Shown here: in pieces, positions 48,926-58,248 of the stretch
How positions within the stretch are numbered: the first letter of the stretch is position 1
Layout of the letters: every line of letters begins with the position of its first letter
Source: a virus
Taxonomy: Duplodnaviria; Heunggongvirae; Uroviricota; Caudoviricetes
IMG/VR virus record: IMGVR_UViG_3300036770_004943
Span: 64,001 to 128,000 of that record
Strand: one strand, 5' to 3'
DNA: 64,000 bases
Position numbers and translations under genes: made by a program
The notes under the pieces: model-generated
The model's database searches: none
Seen by the model: the letters and a program-made list of their open reading frames with translations, nothing else
What the model was told of the DNA's origin: nothing

Positions 48926-49615
48926 ATCACGATTTACTTTACTACAAAGAGGTTGGAGGTTGGTGTAATGATTTAATCTTAATACATCAACCTCTTTTTC
49001 TGCGGAGTATAATGGTATTATGTGGTCTATATCCCATCCGTAATTTAACTGACCGTTGTATAAACCATAATTATCCCAAGACATCCAAGGTTCAAACTTA
49101 GACTCTAAATGTTTTTTAAAATCTTCAAACGAACAACCTAAAATTTCAATAGTTTTTAAAGATTTTTTAAAACCCTTTCTTTTAATTCCTGAATTTATAT
49201 TTGCTCTAATACTTTCTTTTAACCTAAACAACGGATCCTTGTATCTTTTTTCTTTATTGTATTTTTTATGTGATAGGATGATACTTTCTTTATTTTCTTT
49301 ATAATAATTTTTATGATATTCCATCATTTTTTCCTTATTATCTAATCTCCATTTTTTTAAATATTCTTTTTGGTATGTTTTGGTTTTTTCTTTGTTTTTT
49401 TCTTTATATTTTTTTTGATAATCAGATATTATTTCTTTGTTTTTTTCTTTATATTTTTTTACTGTATCCACATACCCGTTTTTTTTATATCTTTCATTAC
49501 TACTTTTACGATTACAAGATAAGCAAACATATCCGATACCAAATTGACAATCTTTACGTTTGACAAATTCAGAAAAATCTTTTTCTTCTTTACACTTATT
49601 ACAAACTCTTTTCAT
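48917..49615 (-). CDS. free-standing HNH homing endonuclease with N-terminal Zn ribbon
   Basis: CNKC..CLSC; WDIDHIIP..LNHYTNLQPLC..N; late motif near 49622-49630. Confidence 0.8.
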   Translation of the reverse strand: MKRVCNKCKEEKDFSEFVKRKDCQFGIGYVCLSCNRKSSNERYKKNGYVDTVKKYKEKNKEIISDYQKKYKEKNKEKTKTYQKEYLKKWRLDNKEKMMEYHKNYYKENKESIILSHKKYNKEKRYKDPLFRLKESIRANINSGIKRKGFKKSLKTIEILGCSFEDFKKHLESKFEPWMSWDNYGLYNGQLNYGWDIDHIIPLYSAEKEVDVLRLNHYTNLQPLCSKVNRDLK

Positions 49616-49683
49616 ATAATAATAAATATCTGATTTTTCAAAAAATAATTTGATACAGAATTTATTTTTATTACATTTGTGAT

Positions 49684-49908
49684 ATGAAAGTCAAAATAAC
49701 ACCGTTACCACACATTGATAAAAATTTGGGTTTTGAATATTGGTTTGAACCTGTATTTAATTCGGTAGGTGAAATATCTGGTTATTATTACGGTGAAAGT
49801 GGCTGGTACGGACACCAATGTTTTATTTCTGATTTAAAAACGGGGTTAATTAGTATTATCGAAGACTTTAAACCAAAAAAAGAAATTAAAAAACTATCAT
49901 TAGTATGA
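49684..49908 (+). CDS. early hypothetical protein
   Basis: TTTG-N19-TACATTTG (49672-49679) upstream. Confidence 0.6.
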   Translation: MKVKITPLPHIDKNLGFEYWFEPVFNSVGEISGYYYGESGWYGHQCFISDLKTGLISIIEDFKPKKEIKKLSLV

Positions 49909-50087
49909 GTAGAATTAAAGAACAATTTATCGACGAAATTAATTGTGTAATTGAAGACTACGATTATCAATACACAGAATGGCTTAAACAACAAGAGGAT
50001 AAAGCTATTGTAGATTTTTACGAGGAAAATAAAGAAAGGTTTGAGGGTGAAAAAATATTTAATCTAACAAATACCTACCCTTTTTAG
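49905..50087 (+). CDS. early hypothetical protein
   Basis: ATGA-coupled to the previous ORF. Confidence 0.55.
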   Translation: MSRIKEQFIDEINCVIEDYDYQYTEWLKQQEDKAIVDFYEENKERFEGEKIFNLTNTYPF

Positions 50088-51778
50088 TCTGTTGGGAATA
50101 TGTAGTATTTATCACCATCTATTGTTACATAATCGTAACTACCAGTCCTACTAAAATATTCATAATCTAAATCATCTGCCATATCATTAATTAATTCGGT
50201 TTCGTCAATACCGACCAAACCGTTTTTAATTGCATTTTTATCTAAACCAGTTTTACTACTCCAGTAACCAAAGTCTTCCAACCAATCTAATGGGTCGTCC
50301 GTTAAACGACTAACATAATGTTCGTAATAATCGTTATAAAGTCTATCTTTAATGGATTCTAAAAGTTTATCGTTGGTTTTTTCTATAGACTCATTTTCGG
50401 CCTCCAATTCTGATAATTCTTGCTCTTCGTCTTCATCTAATTCATCATATCTACCCATCATTTCGTCGATTTCTTCTTGATTACTTTCCATGATTGATTG
50501 GTTAACTTCCCACTCTTCAACCATGACTTTAGTTTCTTTATCTAACCTTTTTCCTTCGTGTAGTATATCATCATTATCTAAATCCCCTGCATAACTTTCA
50601 GCCATATCACGTGCAACACCTCTTGGGTCATTGATGTATATATATTTTTCAGGGTTATTACCGATAGCTTCCCAAACGCCTAAATCACTAATGTAATTTT
50701 CCGCCCATTCGTGTTTAGCTCTTTCAACTTCATCCGTTGTCGCTACAGCATAATCATCACTACCGTCTACGGTATAAACACGCATACCGTAATAACCGTA
50801 ATTTCTTTGTTCAACTTCTTCAACTTCTTCTTCACTTAAAGCCAAATGTTCAACCAAAGCTTGGATGTAAGGATCCTCAACGTAAGCCATGTTGGCATAC
50901 ATTTCATCCATTTTTGTTTGCATGTATTTTAGAATAACTCCCTTAACAGATGTTGGAACCGTATCTAAATAATCATAACCAGAAGAACCTCTACTCGCAA
51001 TATTAGTGTCTTCAGCATTCCATAATTTAATTTTATCAGTATTTAAAGTCCAAACCGAGGGGTTACCTGGTGTTGAGGTGACATATTTATTTACTTTTTT
51101 GACATATGGTATTTGCCAAGCAACTTTATATTCAGGGTTATCAGAATTTTTACTTTTATTAATCACATAAATTAAAAATTTACGGTCGGTTTCACGTTTA
51201 AAATGTGAATCAGTTTCTTTTGATGTTGTACACCATTTAGTTCCGGCACCATAAACACAAGAAGCACCCCAAGTTTTAGGTCTAACCACTAACCAATTAC
51301 CATCTTCGTAAATTTTGTCAACACCTTTTTTAGCCTCTTTTTCTTCGTCTTTTCTTTGTTTTCTTTCTTTTGCTTGGGCTAAATCACTACCTAAGTAATG
51401 AATCATATCACTATCAGTAAATTTATATTGATAAAGGTCTGTAGTACCGTATTTTTCACCAGAAACTTCATCATTATAGACCATATATGGTAATAATTCG
51501 TGAAATTTTTTAACTAACGTCATTAAAAAGCCAGCAATCTCACCTGCTTCTGGTGATTTAAACTGCATTGTTTCGTCTAAAATATCTTCGACTGATTGCA
51601 TCGTTGGTTCGTGTACCATAGCCTTAACCAACCATTCTAAATATTTTTGATTACCTGATGGGTCATTTTTTACAAAATAATCCACAATTTCAGAACTAAC
51701 GTCAGGGAATTTTTTTCTAACATCATCAACCCGATTTTCTGATAAAACTTTTCTTATATTTTCTAACGTGATTTTCAT
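50084..51778 (-). CDS. DPSGNxKY/YGxGTxWC family protein, late copy with acidic C-terminal extension
   Basis: VLSE|NRVDD, DPSGNQKYLEWL, ASCVYGAGTKWCTT. Confidence 0.75.
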   Translation of the reverse strand: MKITLENIRKVLSENRVDDVRKKFPDVSSEIVDYFVKNDPSGNQKYLEWLVKAMVHEPTMQSVEDILDETMQFKSPEAGEIAGFLMTLVKKFHELLPYMVYNDEVSGEKYGTTDLYQYKFTDSDMIHYLGSDLAQAKERKQRKDEEKEAKKGVDKIYEDGNWLVVRPKTWGASCVYGAGTKWCTTSKETDSHFKRETDRKFLIYVINKSKNSDNPEYKVAWQIPYVKKVNKYVTSTPGNPSVWTLNTDKIKLWNAEDTNIASRGSSGYDYLDTVPTSVKGVILKYMQTKMDEMYANMAYVEDPYIQALVEHLALSEEEVEEVEQRNYGYYGMRVYTVDGSDDYAVATTDEVERAKHEWAENYISDLGVWEAIGNNPEKYIYINDPRGVARDMAESYAGDLDNDDILHEGKRLDKETKVMVEEWEVNQSIMESNQEEIDEMMGRYDELDEDEEQELSELEAENESIEKTNDKLLESIKDRLYNDYYEHYVSRLTDDPLDWLEDFGYWSSKTGLDKNAIKNGLVGIDETELINDMADDLDYEYFSRTGSYDYVTIDGDKYYIFPTD

Positions 51779-51795
51779 TAAAGAATTTTTTATTT

Positions 51796-51809
51796 ATATT
51801 TATAAATAT
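51796..51809. promoter_or_regulatory. palindromic bidirectional late motif ATATTTATAAATAT
   Basis: Perfect 14-bp palindrome, 17 and 15 nt from two divergent start codons. Confidence 0.65.
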
Positions 51810-51824
51810 TAAAACAAAAGTAAA

Positions 51825-52625
51825 ATGGCATATTCCGCGTTTGACAATGATTATAAAAACATAATAAATAATATAATTAGAGATCTGTATGCTGATACAG
51901 AATATTGGGGTGTTGGTGAAGGTGGCAACCAAGGTATTGTTAGACCAATAACCGAAAACGATGACCAATTGTGGTCCAATTACAACTACGTTAATACTAA
52001 TTGGATTGTTAAAAATAAAATTGTGTTCCCTTATATAGATAGAGTTAGACCAGGTTTGGTAGAAAATCTAGTTCTTAATGCAAGATATGATGAGAATGAA
52101 ATAAATGGTGAATTTTTTAAAGTTTTATGGGAAGAAAGGGAGAACATATTTGGTCTTAATTCTACTTTAAAAAATAACATTATTAATATAATTAATAAAA
52201 CCAGAAATAAAGGTGATCGTGATGAAAACTTTACTAAATTGGCTTTAGAATCTATACCAGGTTTTACTGTTAGTAAAATCGCTCAAGCAGGTGGTTCAGC
52301 CGATTTTATGGGTATTGATTTAACCATAAATTCTACCAACGGGTTACTTCCTAAAAATTCATCAACAGCCCAAGTAAAACCTTTTAATAATTTTTATCCA
52401 AATAAAAAAAATTGGTACATATACACCAAACTGATTAGAACTTATAACACTGATTTAATGATTTTTACTAAACAAAGTGGTGTTGAGGTTCACGTTGCCG
52501 TATTTTTAAATGATCCAAAAAGAATTATTATTGAACCTGAAAGGGTTATAATACCATCTGATTTAGTAAAACTTTTAATTAATTATAATTACAGAACAAA
52601 AAAGAGTAATTATAAAAGTTATTGA
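51825..52625 (+). CDS. putative PD-(D/E)xK nuclease-fold protein
   Basis: KGDRDE helix, DFMGIDL, AQVKP. Confidence 0.5.
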   Translation: MAYSAFDNDYKNIINNIIRDLYADTEYWGVGEGGNQGIVRPITENDDQLWSNYNYVNTNWIVKNKIVFPYIDRVRPGLVENLVLNARYDENEINGEFFKVLWEERENIFGLNSTLKNNIINIINKTRNKGDRDENFTKLALESIPGFTVSKIAQAGGSADFMGIDLTINSTNGLLPKNSSTAQVKPFNNFYPNKKNWYIYTKLIRTYNTDLMIFTKQSGVEVHVAVFLNDPKRIIIEPERVIIPSDLVKLLINYNYRTKKSNYKSY

Positions 52626-53839
52626 CAAAAAACTTTAGGTTTAACAGCGACATCAAGTTCTAGTGGGGTTAATTGGTTACTATGTGTTTTTGAATCGTAT
52701 GTGTAAGCCGTAACATTTGGATTTATAATTTTAAACCTAATACTTAATCTACGTTCATCACAACTTCTTTGCCCTTTGTTACTCCAATAAAATTCAATAT
52801 CTTTTTTTAATACAATTATATTTTTATCATACATGATACCATCAACGTTATCAGCTATTTTATTAATCATGAATTGACCTTTTTCTTGTACGTTTTTAAA
52901 AATACCGTCAATAATCATATTATATAATTCTTTAAAATCTTCTTCTTGAGCTATTTCAGGTATGCTACTATTTTTGTATATTGCAAAATATTCTGAAAAA
53001 TAACTATCAATTTCATAGTCAAATTTTTTAACTTCAATACTTGAACCTTGTGGGATAATAACATCTTCCCCTACCATCAAATCATTTTTTACTTTTAAAT
53101 CGGATTTATAAAGTAAGTCACTAATATCAGTATTTAGAACAGCATTAGAAACTGAATCAATAAATAAATTAACGTCAATATTTCCTTCATAAACACTTCT
53201 AACCATCTTAAAGAATGATTCAGATTTACCGGTTTCAGGATTTATTTGACCGTGATTTAGTTTACTGCCACCTCTTAATAAATCAAAATTATTACTTGAA
53301 AAAGATTCTTCGTATTTGGAGTACTCTTTAAATCTCGCTTTTTTAAGAAAATCTTCTAACTGATCCTGTGGTACTGACTCCTCATTCCTAAAATTTATAA
53401 GTGCTTTTTTAACATCATCTTTATCAAAATCAGGGTCGGTTAAGAATTTAGATATTAACCTTAATGAATTACCAGGGTTTTCATTTTTTAATATGGCTTT
53501 AATAGTTTTAATAAAAACAACCCTATTATCTTTTTTAATTGGTTTAAAAAAGTTATATAAATTATCTATAGCTTTATAAGTTTCTTCAGCTAAAGCTTGT
53601 GGTAATTCATCTAAAAGTTTTGCTAAATGACAATAAACACTATCTTTGATGTTACGAGCAATATCTTCTCCACAGAGTTGGGTTAACTTTAAAGTTTCTT
53701 TTCTATCGTCACCTTCAGAAATTAAATTTCTACGTAAAAAAGAAGTTTCATTTAAATTAGGTCTTCTTTTTAACGCTTCTTGTACGTGGTAACCTCTACG
53801 AAGTAGAGCTCTTTCTTTATGTCCTTTTATTGCCATCAA
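52619..53839 (-). CDS. late hypothetical protein with LNE/ISE leader
   Basis: Late motif at 53841-53850; RRNLISE|GD. Confidence 0.6.
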   Translation of the reverse strand: MMAIKGHKERALLRRGYHVQEALKRRPNLNETSFLRRNLISEGDDRKETLKLTQLCGEDIARNIKDSVYCHLAKLLDELPQALAEETYKAIDNLYNFFKPIKKDNRVVFIKTIKAILKNENPGNSLRLISKFLTDPDFDKDDVKKALINFRNEESVPQDQLEDFLKKARFKEYSKYEESFSSNNFDLLRGGSKLNHGQINPETGKSESFFKMVRSVYEGNIDVNLFIDSVSNAVLNTDISDLLYKSDLKVKNDLMVGEDVIIPQGSSIEVKKFDYEIDSYFSEYFAIYKNSSIPEIAQEEDFKELYNMIIDGIFKNVQEKGQFMINKIADNVDGIMYDKNIIVLKKDIEFYWSNKGQRSCDERRLSIRFKIINPNVTAYTYDSKTHSNQLTPLELDVAVKPKVFCQ

Positions 53840-53848
53840 ATATAAATA

Positions 53849-54085
53849 TCAATGTAGTGTACCATCTTCTTTTATTATTGTAGAAAAAGGTGCTCTAAAA
53901 TGGTTATCGTATGAAAAAACCTTAGTTGGATAGTTTGGGTTGTAAATTTTATAATTACTGTGGGGAAAAATATTATTAGAAGACCATTTTAATAAAGATT
54001 TTTTATCTTCTAATTCTGAAATTTTATCTAAATAACCGGTTTGGTTTGTAATACTTAATACTGAATCATATAACTCATCTATCAT
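53849..54085 (-). CDS. hypothetical protein
   Basis: Clean ORF. Confidence 0.45.
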   Translation of the reverse strand: MIDELYDSVLSITNQTGYLDKISELEDKKSLLKWSSNNIFPHSNYKIYNPNYPTKVFSYDNHFRAPFSTIIKEDGTLH

Positions 54086-54137
54086 AAATTTAAATCGTTT
54101 GTATTAACTTTAGACAATTTAAATTTGATTATAAACT

Positions 54138-54542
54138 TTAATCTAAATTAATATCGTCCTTTTCAGGTTTAAAATCACGAAGATGTTCAATCGCTTCAAT
54201 AATATTTTCTAATTGATCCACAACTTGTCCTATATAATCTTCTGAAGATGTTTCAGGCCAATCATCAGCTAAAACATCAGGTTCTTTTGTTTGAATAATC
54301 ATCAAATCTTCTACGATATCATACAAAGAACTTGCCATATCACCAAACGCTTTTAATGCTTTGTCACTGAATCCTTTAGTTTCTGGAGCGTTTTCAGGAT
54401 CTAAATCTTCTTTACGTTCTTTTAGATATTGTTTAATAGCCTTATCTATTTTAGATTCGTGTACAAAGGTCCCATCTTTCTTTAGTTTTTCACTAATAAG
54501 CTTTTTAAATTTTTCGTTATTAAATCTAACTTTCTTTTTCAT
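54138..54542 (-). CDS. late hypothetical protein with leader
   Basis: KFKKLISE...FVHE|; late motif near 54559-54566. Confidence 0.6.
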   Translation of the reverse strand: MKKKVRFNNEKFKKLISEKLKKDGTFVHESKIDKAIKQYLKERKEDLDPENAPETKGFSDKALKAFGDMASSLYDIVEDLMIIQTKEPDVLADDWPETSSEDYIGQVVDQLENIIEAIEHLRDFKPEKDDINLD

Positions 54543-54571
54543 TTTACCTTTGTTTAATAATAAATATATGT

Positions 54572-54817
54572 TTAAAGATTAAATCGCAAAGTCTCAAGGC
54601 CTTTAAAACTATCAAACTCTTCTTTTGTTATCTGTTTAATTTTAAAACCATTATCAAAAAAACCGTCTAATAAGTTAACCATATCTTCAGTATCAACAAT
54701 AAGTTTAACTTTAAAAATAACCTCATCACCATCTAAAACCTCAACATACTTAGCTTTAGACTCTCTTAAAGAATCTAAGATGACAAAAACGTTACTAATA
54801 TGTTCTTTATTTTCCAT
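54572..54817 (-). CDS. hypothetical protein
   Basis: Clean ORF. Confidence 0.55.
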   Translation of the reverse strand: MENKEHISNVFVILDSLRESKAKYVEVLDGDEVIFKVKLIVDTEDMVNLLDGFFDNGFKIKQITKEEFDSFKGLETLRFNL

Positions 54818-55007
54818 TACATATAAATATATGAGGTTTTAAACTCTTTTTAGGGCCAACTGATTTTTCTTTATAATTTAACTTACCGTCTTTAAAATAA
54901 GGTATATATAACTCCATCATTTTCATGTGAGCATCTATAAAACTAGATGATTTACTTTTGGTGTAAGCGTCAACAAAATAATTTTTCATAAGATTAATAT
55001 TGTACAA
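54807..55007 (-). CDS. hypothetical protein
   Basis: Overlaps the next gene's start. Confidence 0.45.
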   Translation of the reverse strand: MYNINLMKNYFVDAYTKSKSSSFIDAHMKMMELYIPYFKDGKLNYKEKSVGPKKSLKPHIFICNGK

Positions 55008-55034
55008 TAAAATATAAATGTGTATGTTTGTATT

Positions 55035-55931
55035 ATGAAAATTGGCTACGCTTGTATCAACATGACTTTAGGTGAGAAAAATATCACGACTAATCGTGGT
55101 ATGATTCGAAAAACTTTCGACTCCAAAGGTCTAAATTATGTTTCTGAACTTTCTCTACAAAATGTTCGAGACCTTATAGAGGTTATCAAGTGGAATGAGA
55201 AAAACAACATCAGTCTTTACCGCATGTCTTCCGATATGTTCCCATGGTCAAGTGAGTATGATTTTAATGACTTACCTGATATTGGTAAGATTCGTAATTT
55301 ACTGTCAGGTTTAGGTAATCTTGCCACCCAATACGGACATCGTTTAAGTTTTCATCCAGGTCCGTTTAATGTTTTAGCGTCACCAAACCCTGAAGTGGTT
55401 AGAAAAACAATATCAGAGTTGGACAAACATTCCGAGATTATGGATATGATAGGTTTACCCGTATCACCTTATTCTAAGATTAACATCCACGTTGGTGGTG
55501 CTTACGGTAATAAACAAGATGCTCTTAAACGTTGGGTTGACAACTTTCAACTACTGGGTGAGAACACCAAAAAACGTTTAACTATTGAAAATGATGATAA
55601 ACCAAACATGTTTACAGTCAAAGATTTGTTATACATTCACGAACATACTAAAACACCTATTGTATTTGACTATCATCATCATAACTGTCACAATGATGGT
55701 ATGAGTACCAAAGATGCCTTAAAACTTGCCGTGGCAACTTGGCCTTCTGATATAACACCTGTTGTTCATATTTCCGAACCAAGAGACGAAAAAAATTTTC
55801 GAGCCCATCATGACTATGTTCAAAATGAGGTAAACACTTATGGTTATGACTTAGATTTAATGTTCGAGTCTAAAGCAAAAGAACTTTCTGTGTTAGAATA
55901 CCGTAAAAAATTTGGTCTTTTGTTGGTTTAG
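55035..55931 (+). CDS. uvdE: UV-damage endonuclease (start corrected to MKIGYAC)
   Basis: IGYACIN, YRMSSDMFP, RLSFHPGPF, INIHVGG, LTIENDD, IVFDYHHH, VVHISEP, HHDY, MFESKAKE; TATGTTTG at 55023-55030. Confidence 0.92.
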   Translation: MKIGYACINMTLGEKNITTNRGMIRKTFDSKGLNYVSELSLQNVRDLIEVIKWNEKNNISLYRMSSDMFPWSSEYDFNDLPDIGKIRNLLSGLGNLATQYGHRLSFHPGPFNVLASPNPEVVRKTISELDKHSEIMDMIGLPVSPYSKINIHVGGAYGNKQDALKRWVDNFQLLGENTKKRLTIENDDKPNMFTVKDLLYIHEHTKTPIVFDYHHHNCHNDGMSTKDALKLAVATWPSDITPVVHISEPRDEKNFRAHHDYVQNEVNTYGYDLDLMFESKAKELSVLEYRKKFGLLLV

Positions 55932-55996
55932 ATATATTTACAAATAGGAAATAATTAATTATAATTAAAAAATAAAAATTAAAAACTTAAAAAAAA

Positions 55997-56176
55997 ATGA
56001 AAAAAGTTATTTTAGCGTTAAGCGTAATCGGTTTTATGACCGCTTGTTCATCTTCAACACCTGAAGAAGTAAAAACTACTGATAGTACAGTTGTTGCTAC
56101 AGCTGTTGATACTGTTGTTCCAACTATGGATACTGCAGCAGTTGCAACTAGCACAGTAGAGGCAGCTACAAAATAA
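55997..56176 (+). CDS. 59-aa Thr/Val/Ala-rich lipoprotein absent from the ORF track
   Basis: MKKVILALSVIGFMTAC lipobox; A-rich RBS; late-like ATATTTAC upstream; terminator directly downstream. Confidence 0.8.
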   Translation: MKKVILALSVIGFMTACSSSTPEEVKTTDSTVVATAVDTVVPTMDTAAVATSTVEAATK

Positions 56177-56193
56177 TTGTAGAATTGCACAAT

Positions 56194-56222
56194 AAAAAAA
56201 GGACCTTTTAGGTCCTTTTTTT
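56194..56222. terminator. bidirectional intrinsic terminator
   Basis: aaaaaaaggacc-tttta-ggtcctttttt. Confidence 0.85.
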
Positions 56223-56622
56223 ATTTTATCTCAATCCCAACATTAAATACTATAAATTTAAAATCCTTAAAACCAATTCTTATTAATTCAAAAGTGCCGG
56301 AACCCCAATAGTTAACAAATTTTAACTTTTTTTTAGGTTCTTCTTTTTTTTCGTTTAAAGATTCAAATATTTGTTTTTCTAATTCTTCTCGTTGTGCTTT
56401 TTGTAATAAAGAAGGTGAAATTACATGAAACTCTTCTTCACCATTTAAAATATTGTTTAATTCTTTTTGTAAACCAGCCGCAACTTCATACTCTTCCCTA
56501 TCAATAGAAGCTTCAATCCACATAGACAATAAACCTACACGTTCTACCGTATTCATTTGGTGTTTATAAAAATTATATAAACCGACAATACTTTTAACTT
56601 TGTTTTCTACCTTTTCATCCAT
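56221..56622 (-). CDS. UVR-motif-containing protein
   Basis: IEASIDREEYEVAAGLQKEL matches the UVR coiled-coil motif. Confidence 0.6.
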   Translation of the reverse strand: MDEKVENKVKSIVGLYNFYKHQMNTVERVGLLSMWIEASIDREEYEVAAGLQKELNNILNGEEEFHVISPSLLQKAQREELEKQIFESLNEKKEEPKKKLKFVNYWGSGTFELIRIGFKDFKFIVFNVGIEIK

Positions 56623-56675
56623 AAAATTAATATAATATACATTGTGTATTAAATAAATAATCGTATCTTTGTGTT

Positions 56676-57974
56676 ATGAAAAATATTTTAAATCGTCTTC
56701 AAGAACTTGTTACTAAATTACAGTCAGATTCTTCTTCAAATAAAAAAGTAGAACTTTTAAAAGAATATCTACACGATTCTGATTTAAAAAAACTTGTAAT
56801 GTATATTCATAACCCATTCTATCAATTCTATGTAACTTCAGATAATTGTAAGAAGTTAAATACGTTACTTGATTTGTCTGAATATGAATATAATATTTTT
56901 GAGTTGTTAGATGATCTTCGTAATAGAGAAATAACTGGACACAATGCCATTGGTGTTGTAAATTCGTTTATAAAATCAAATATTGAACATAAAGAATTAA
57001 TCTTCAACATTATTGATAAAGACTTGAAGTGTCGTGTTGGTGAAAGTCTTATCAACAAAGCCGTTCCTGGTACCGTCCCAACATTTGATGTTGCTTTAGC
57101 AGAAAAATTTGAACCTGAGATGGTGAATTTTGAGACTGAGGATTGGTACGTATCTCGTAAACTTGATGGTGTACGTTGTATTACTGTTGTTGACGAAAAC
57201 GGTAAAGTTACTTCTTTTTCTCGTCAAGGTAAAATATTTGATACCTTGGGTAAAGTAGAAGAAGTAATTACCAGTCTTGGTCTTCGTAACATTGTTTTTG
57301 ATGGTGAAATTTGTATGGTTGATAAAAACGGTGACGAAGATTTTCAATCCATTATGAAAGAAATTCGTAGAAAAAATCATACAATTCAAAATGTAAAATA
57401 TAAGATATTCGATTGTTTAACCTTGGAAGAGTTTTCCAATCAAAGAAGTGTTCGTAAACTTTCTGAACGTCTTAAAGTTTTAGGTGAAACTATTATTTGT
57501 AATGAAGATAATTGCACCCTTGAAGTTCTTCCGCAAGAAAAAATTAAAAATTTAAATCATTTCCAAGAGTGGATGGATGAATCTGAAAGCGGTAAATGGG
57601 AAGGTGTAATGGTACGTAAGAATGTTGGTTACAAAGGAAAACGTAGTAAAGACCTTTTAAAGGCAAAAAAATTCCATGACGCAGAATATGTTGTTAAAGG
57701 AATTAATTACGGACCTATTCGTATTGTAGTTAACGGAAAAGAAATTACAGAAACAATGACATCACAAATTGTGATTGAACATAAAGGATTTGAAGTTGGT
57801 GTGGGTAGTGGTTTTAGTATTGAACAACGTCAAGATTTTTATAAAGACCCATCTAAAATTGTGGGTAAAACCGTGACAATCCAATATTTTGAAGAAACCA
57901 AAAACCAAGAAGGTGGAGTTAGTCTTAGATTCCCTGTTTTAAAACATATTTATGAAAATGGTAGAAATGTTTAA
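56676..57974 (+). CDS. lig: ATP-dependent DNA ligase
   Basis: RKLDGVRC (motif I), FDGEI, EGVMVR, LLKAK, VGSGFS, LRFPV; TATCTTTG at 56664-56671. Confidence 0.93.
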   Translation: MKNILNRLQELVTKLQSDSSSNKKVELLKEYLHDSDLKKLVMYIHNPFYQFYVTSDNCKKLNTLLDLSEYEYNIFELLDDLRNREITGHNAIGVVNSFIKSNIEHKELIFNIIDKDLKCRVGESLINKAVPGTVPTFDVALAEKFEPEMVNFETEDWYVSRKLDGVRCITVVDENGKVTSFSRQGKIFDTLGKVEEVITSLGLRNIVFDGEICMVDKNGDEDFQSIMKEIRRKNHTIQNVKYKIFDCLTLEEFSNQRSVRKLSERLKVLGETIICNEDNCTLEVLPQEKIKNLNHFQEWMDESESGKWEGVMVRKNVGYKGKRSKDLLKAKKFHDAEYVVKGINYGPIRIVVNGKEITETMTSQIVIEHKGFEVGVGSGFSIEQRQDFYKDPSKIVGKTVTIQYFEETKNQEGGVSLRFPVLKHIYENGRNV

Positions 57975-58020
57975 ATAAATTACCTAAATTTGTGGGGTGA
58001 CAGTTATTAAAGTTTTTATA

Positions 58021-58248
58021 ATGAAGATTTGGGTTGATTATATAAAAGTTTTAAGTGTTATTGATAGTTGTAACACTACGGAACAATTAAAGTCCGCGGC
58101 TAAGTTTTTAGCTCTTTGGTATGATAAGTATTTAGATTATCCGATTTATAGAAATACATTCTCAGGTATCGAAGAAAAATTTTTTGATTTGGGGGGTGTG
58201 GATTCAAATGAATTATTTTTAACAAAAAATAAAGATGAAAACTTTTAA
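58021..58248 (+). CDS. early hypothetical protein (ATG start at 58021)
   Basis: TAAATTTG at 57985-57992 upstream. Confidence 0.55.
   Translation: MKIWVDYIKVLSVIDSCNTTEQLKSAAKFLALWYDKYLDYPIYRNTFSGIEEKFFDLGGVDSNELFLTKNKDENF

Noticed and set aside
55987-56190. Minus-strand 67-aa ORF from the track
   Set aside because: It is the shadow of the + strand lipoprotein 55997-56176, which has a lipobox, RBS and terminator.
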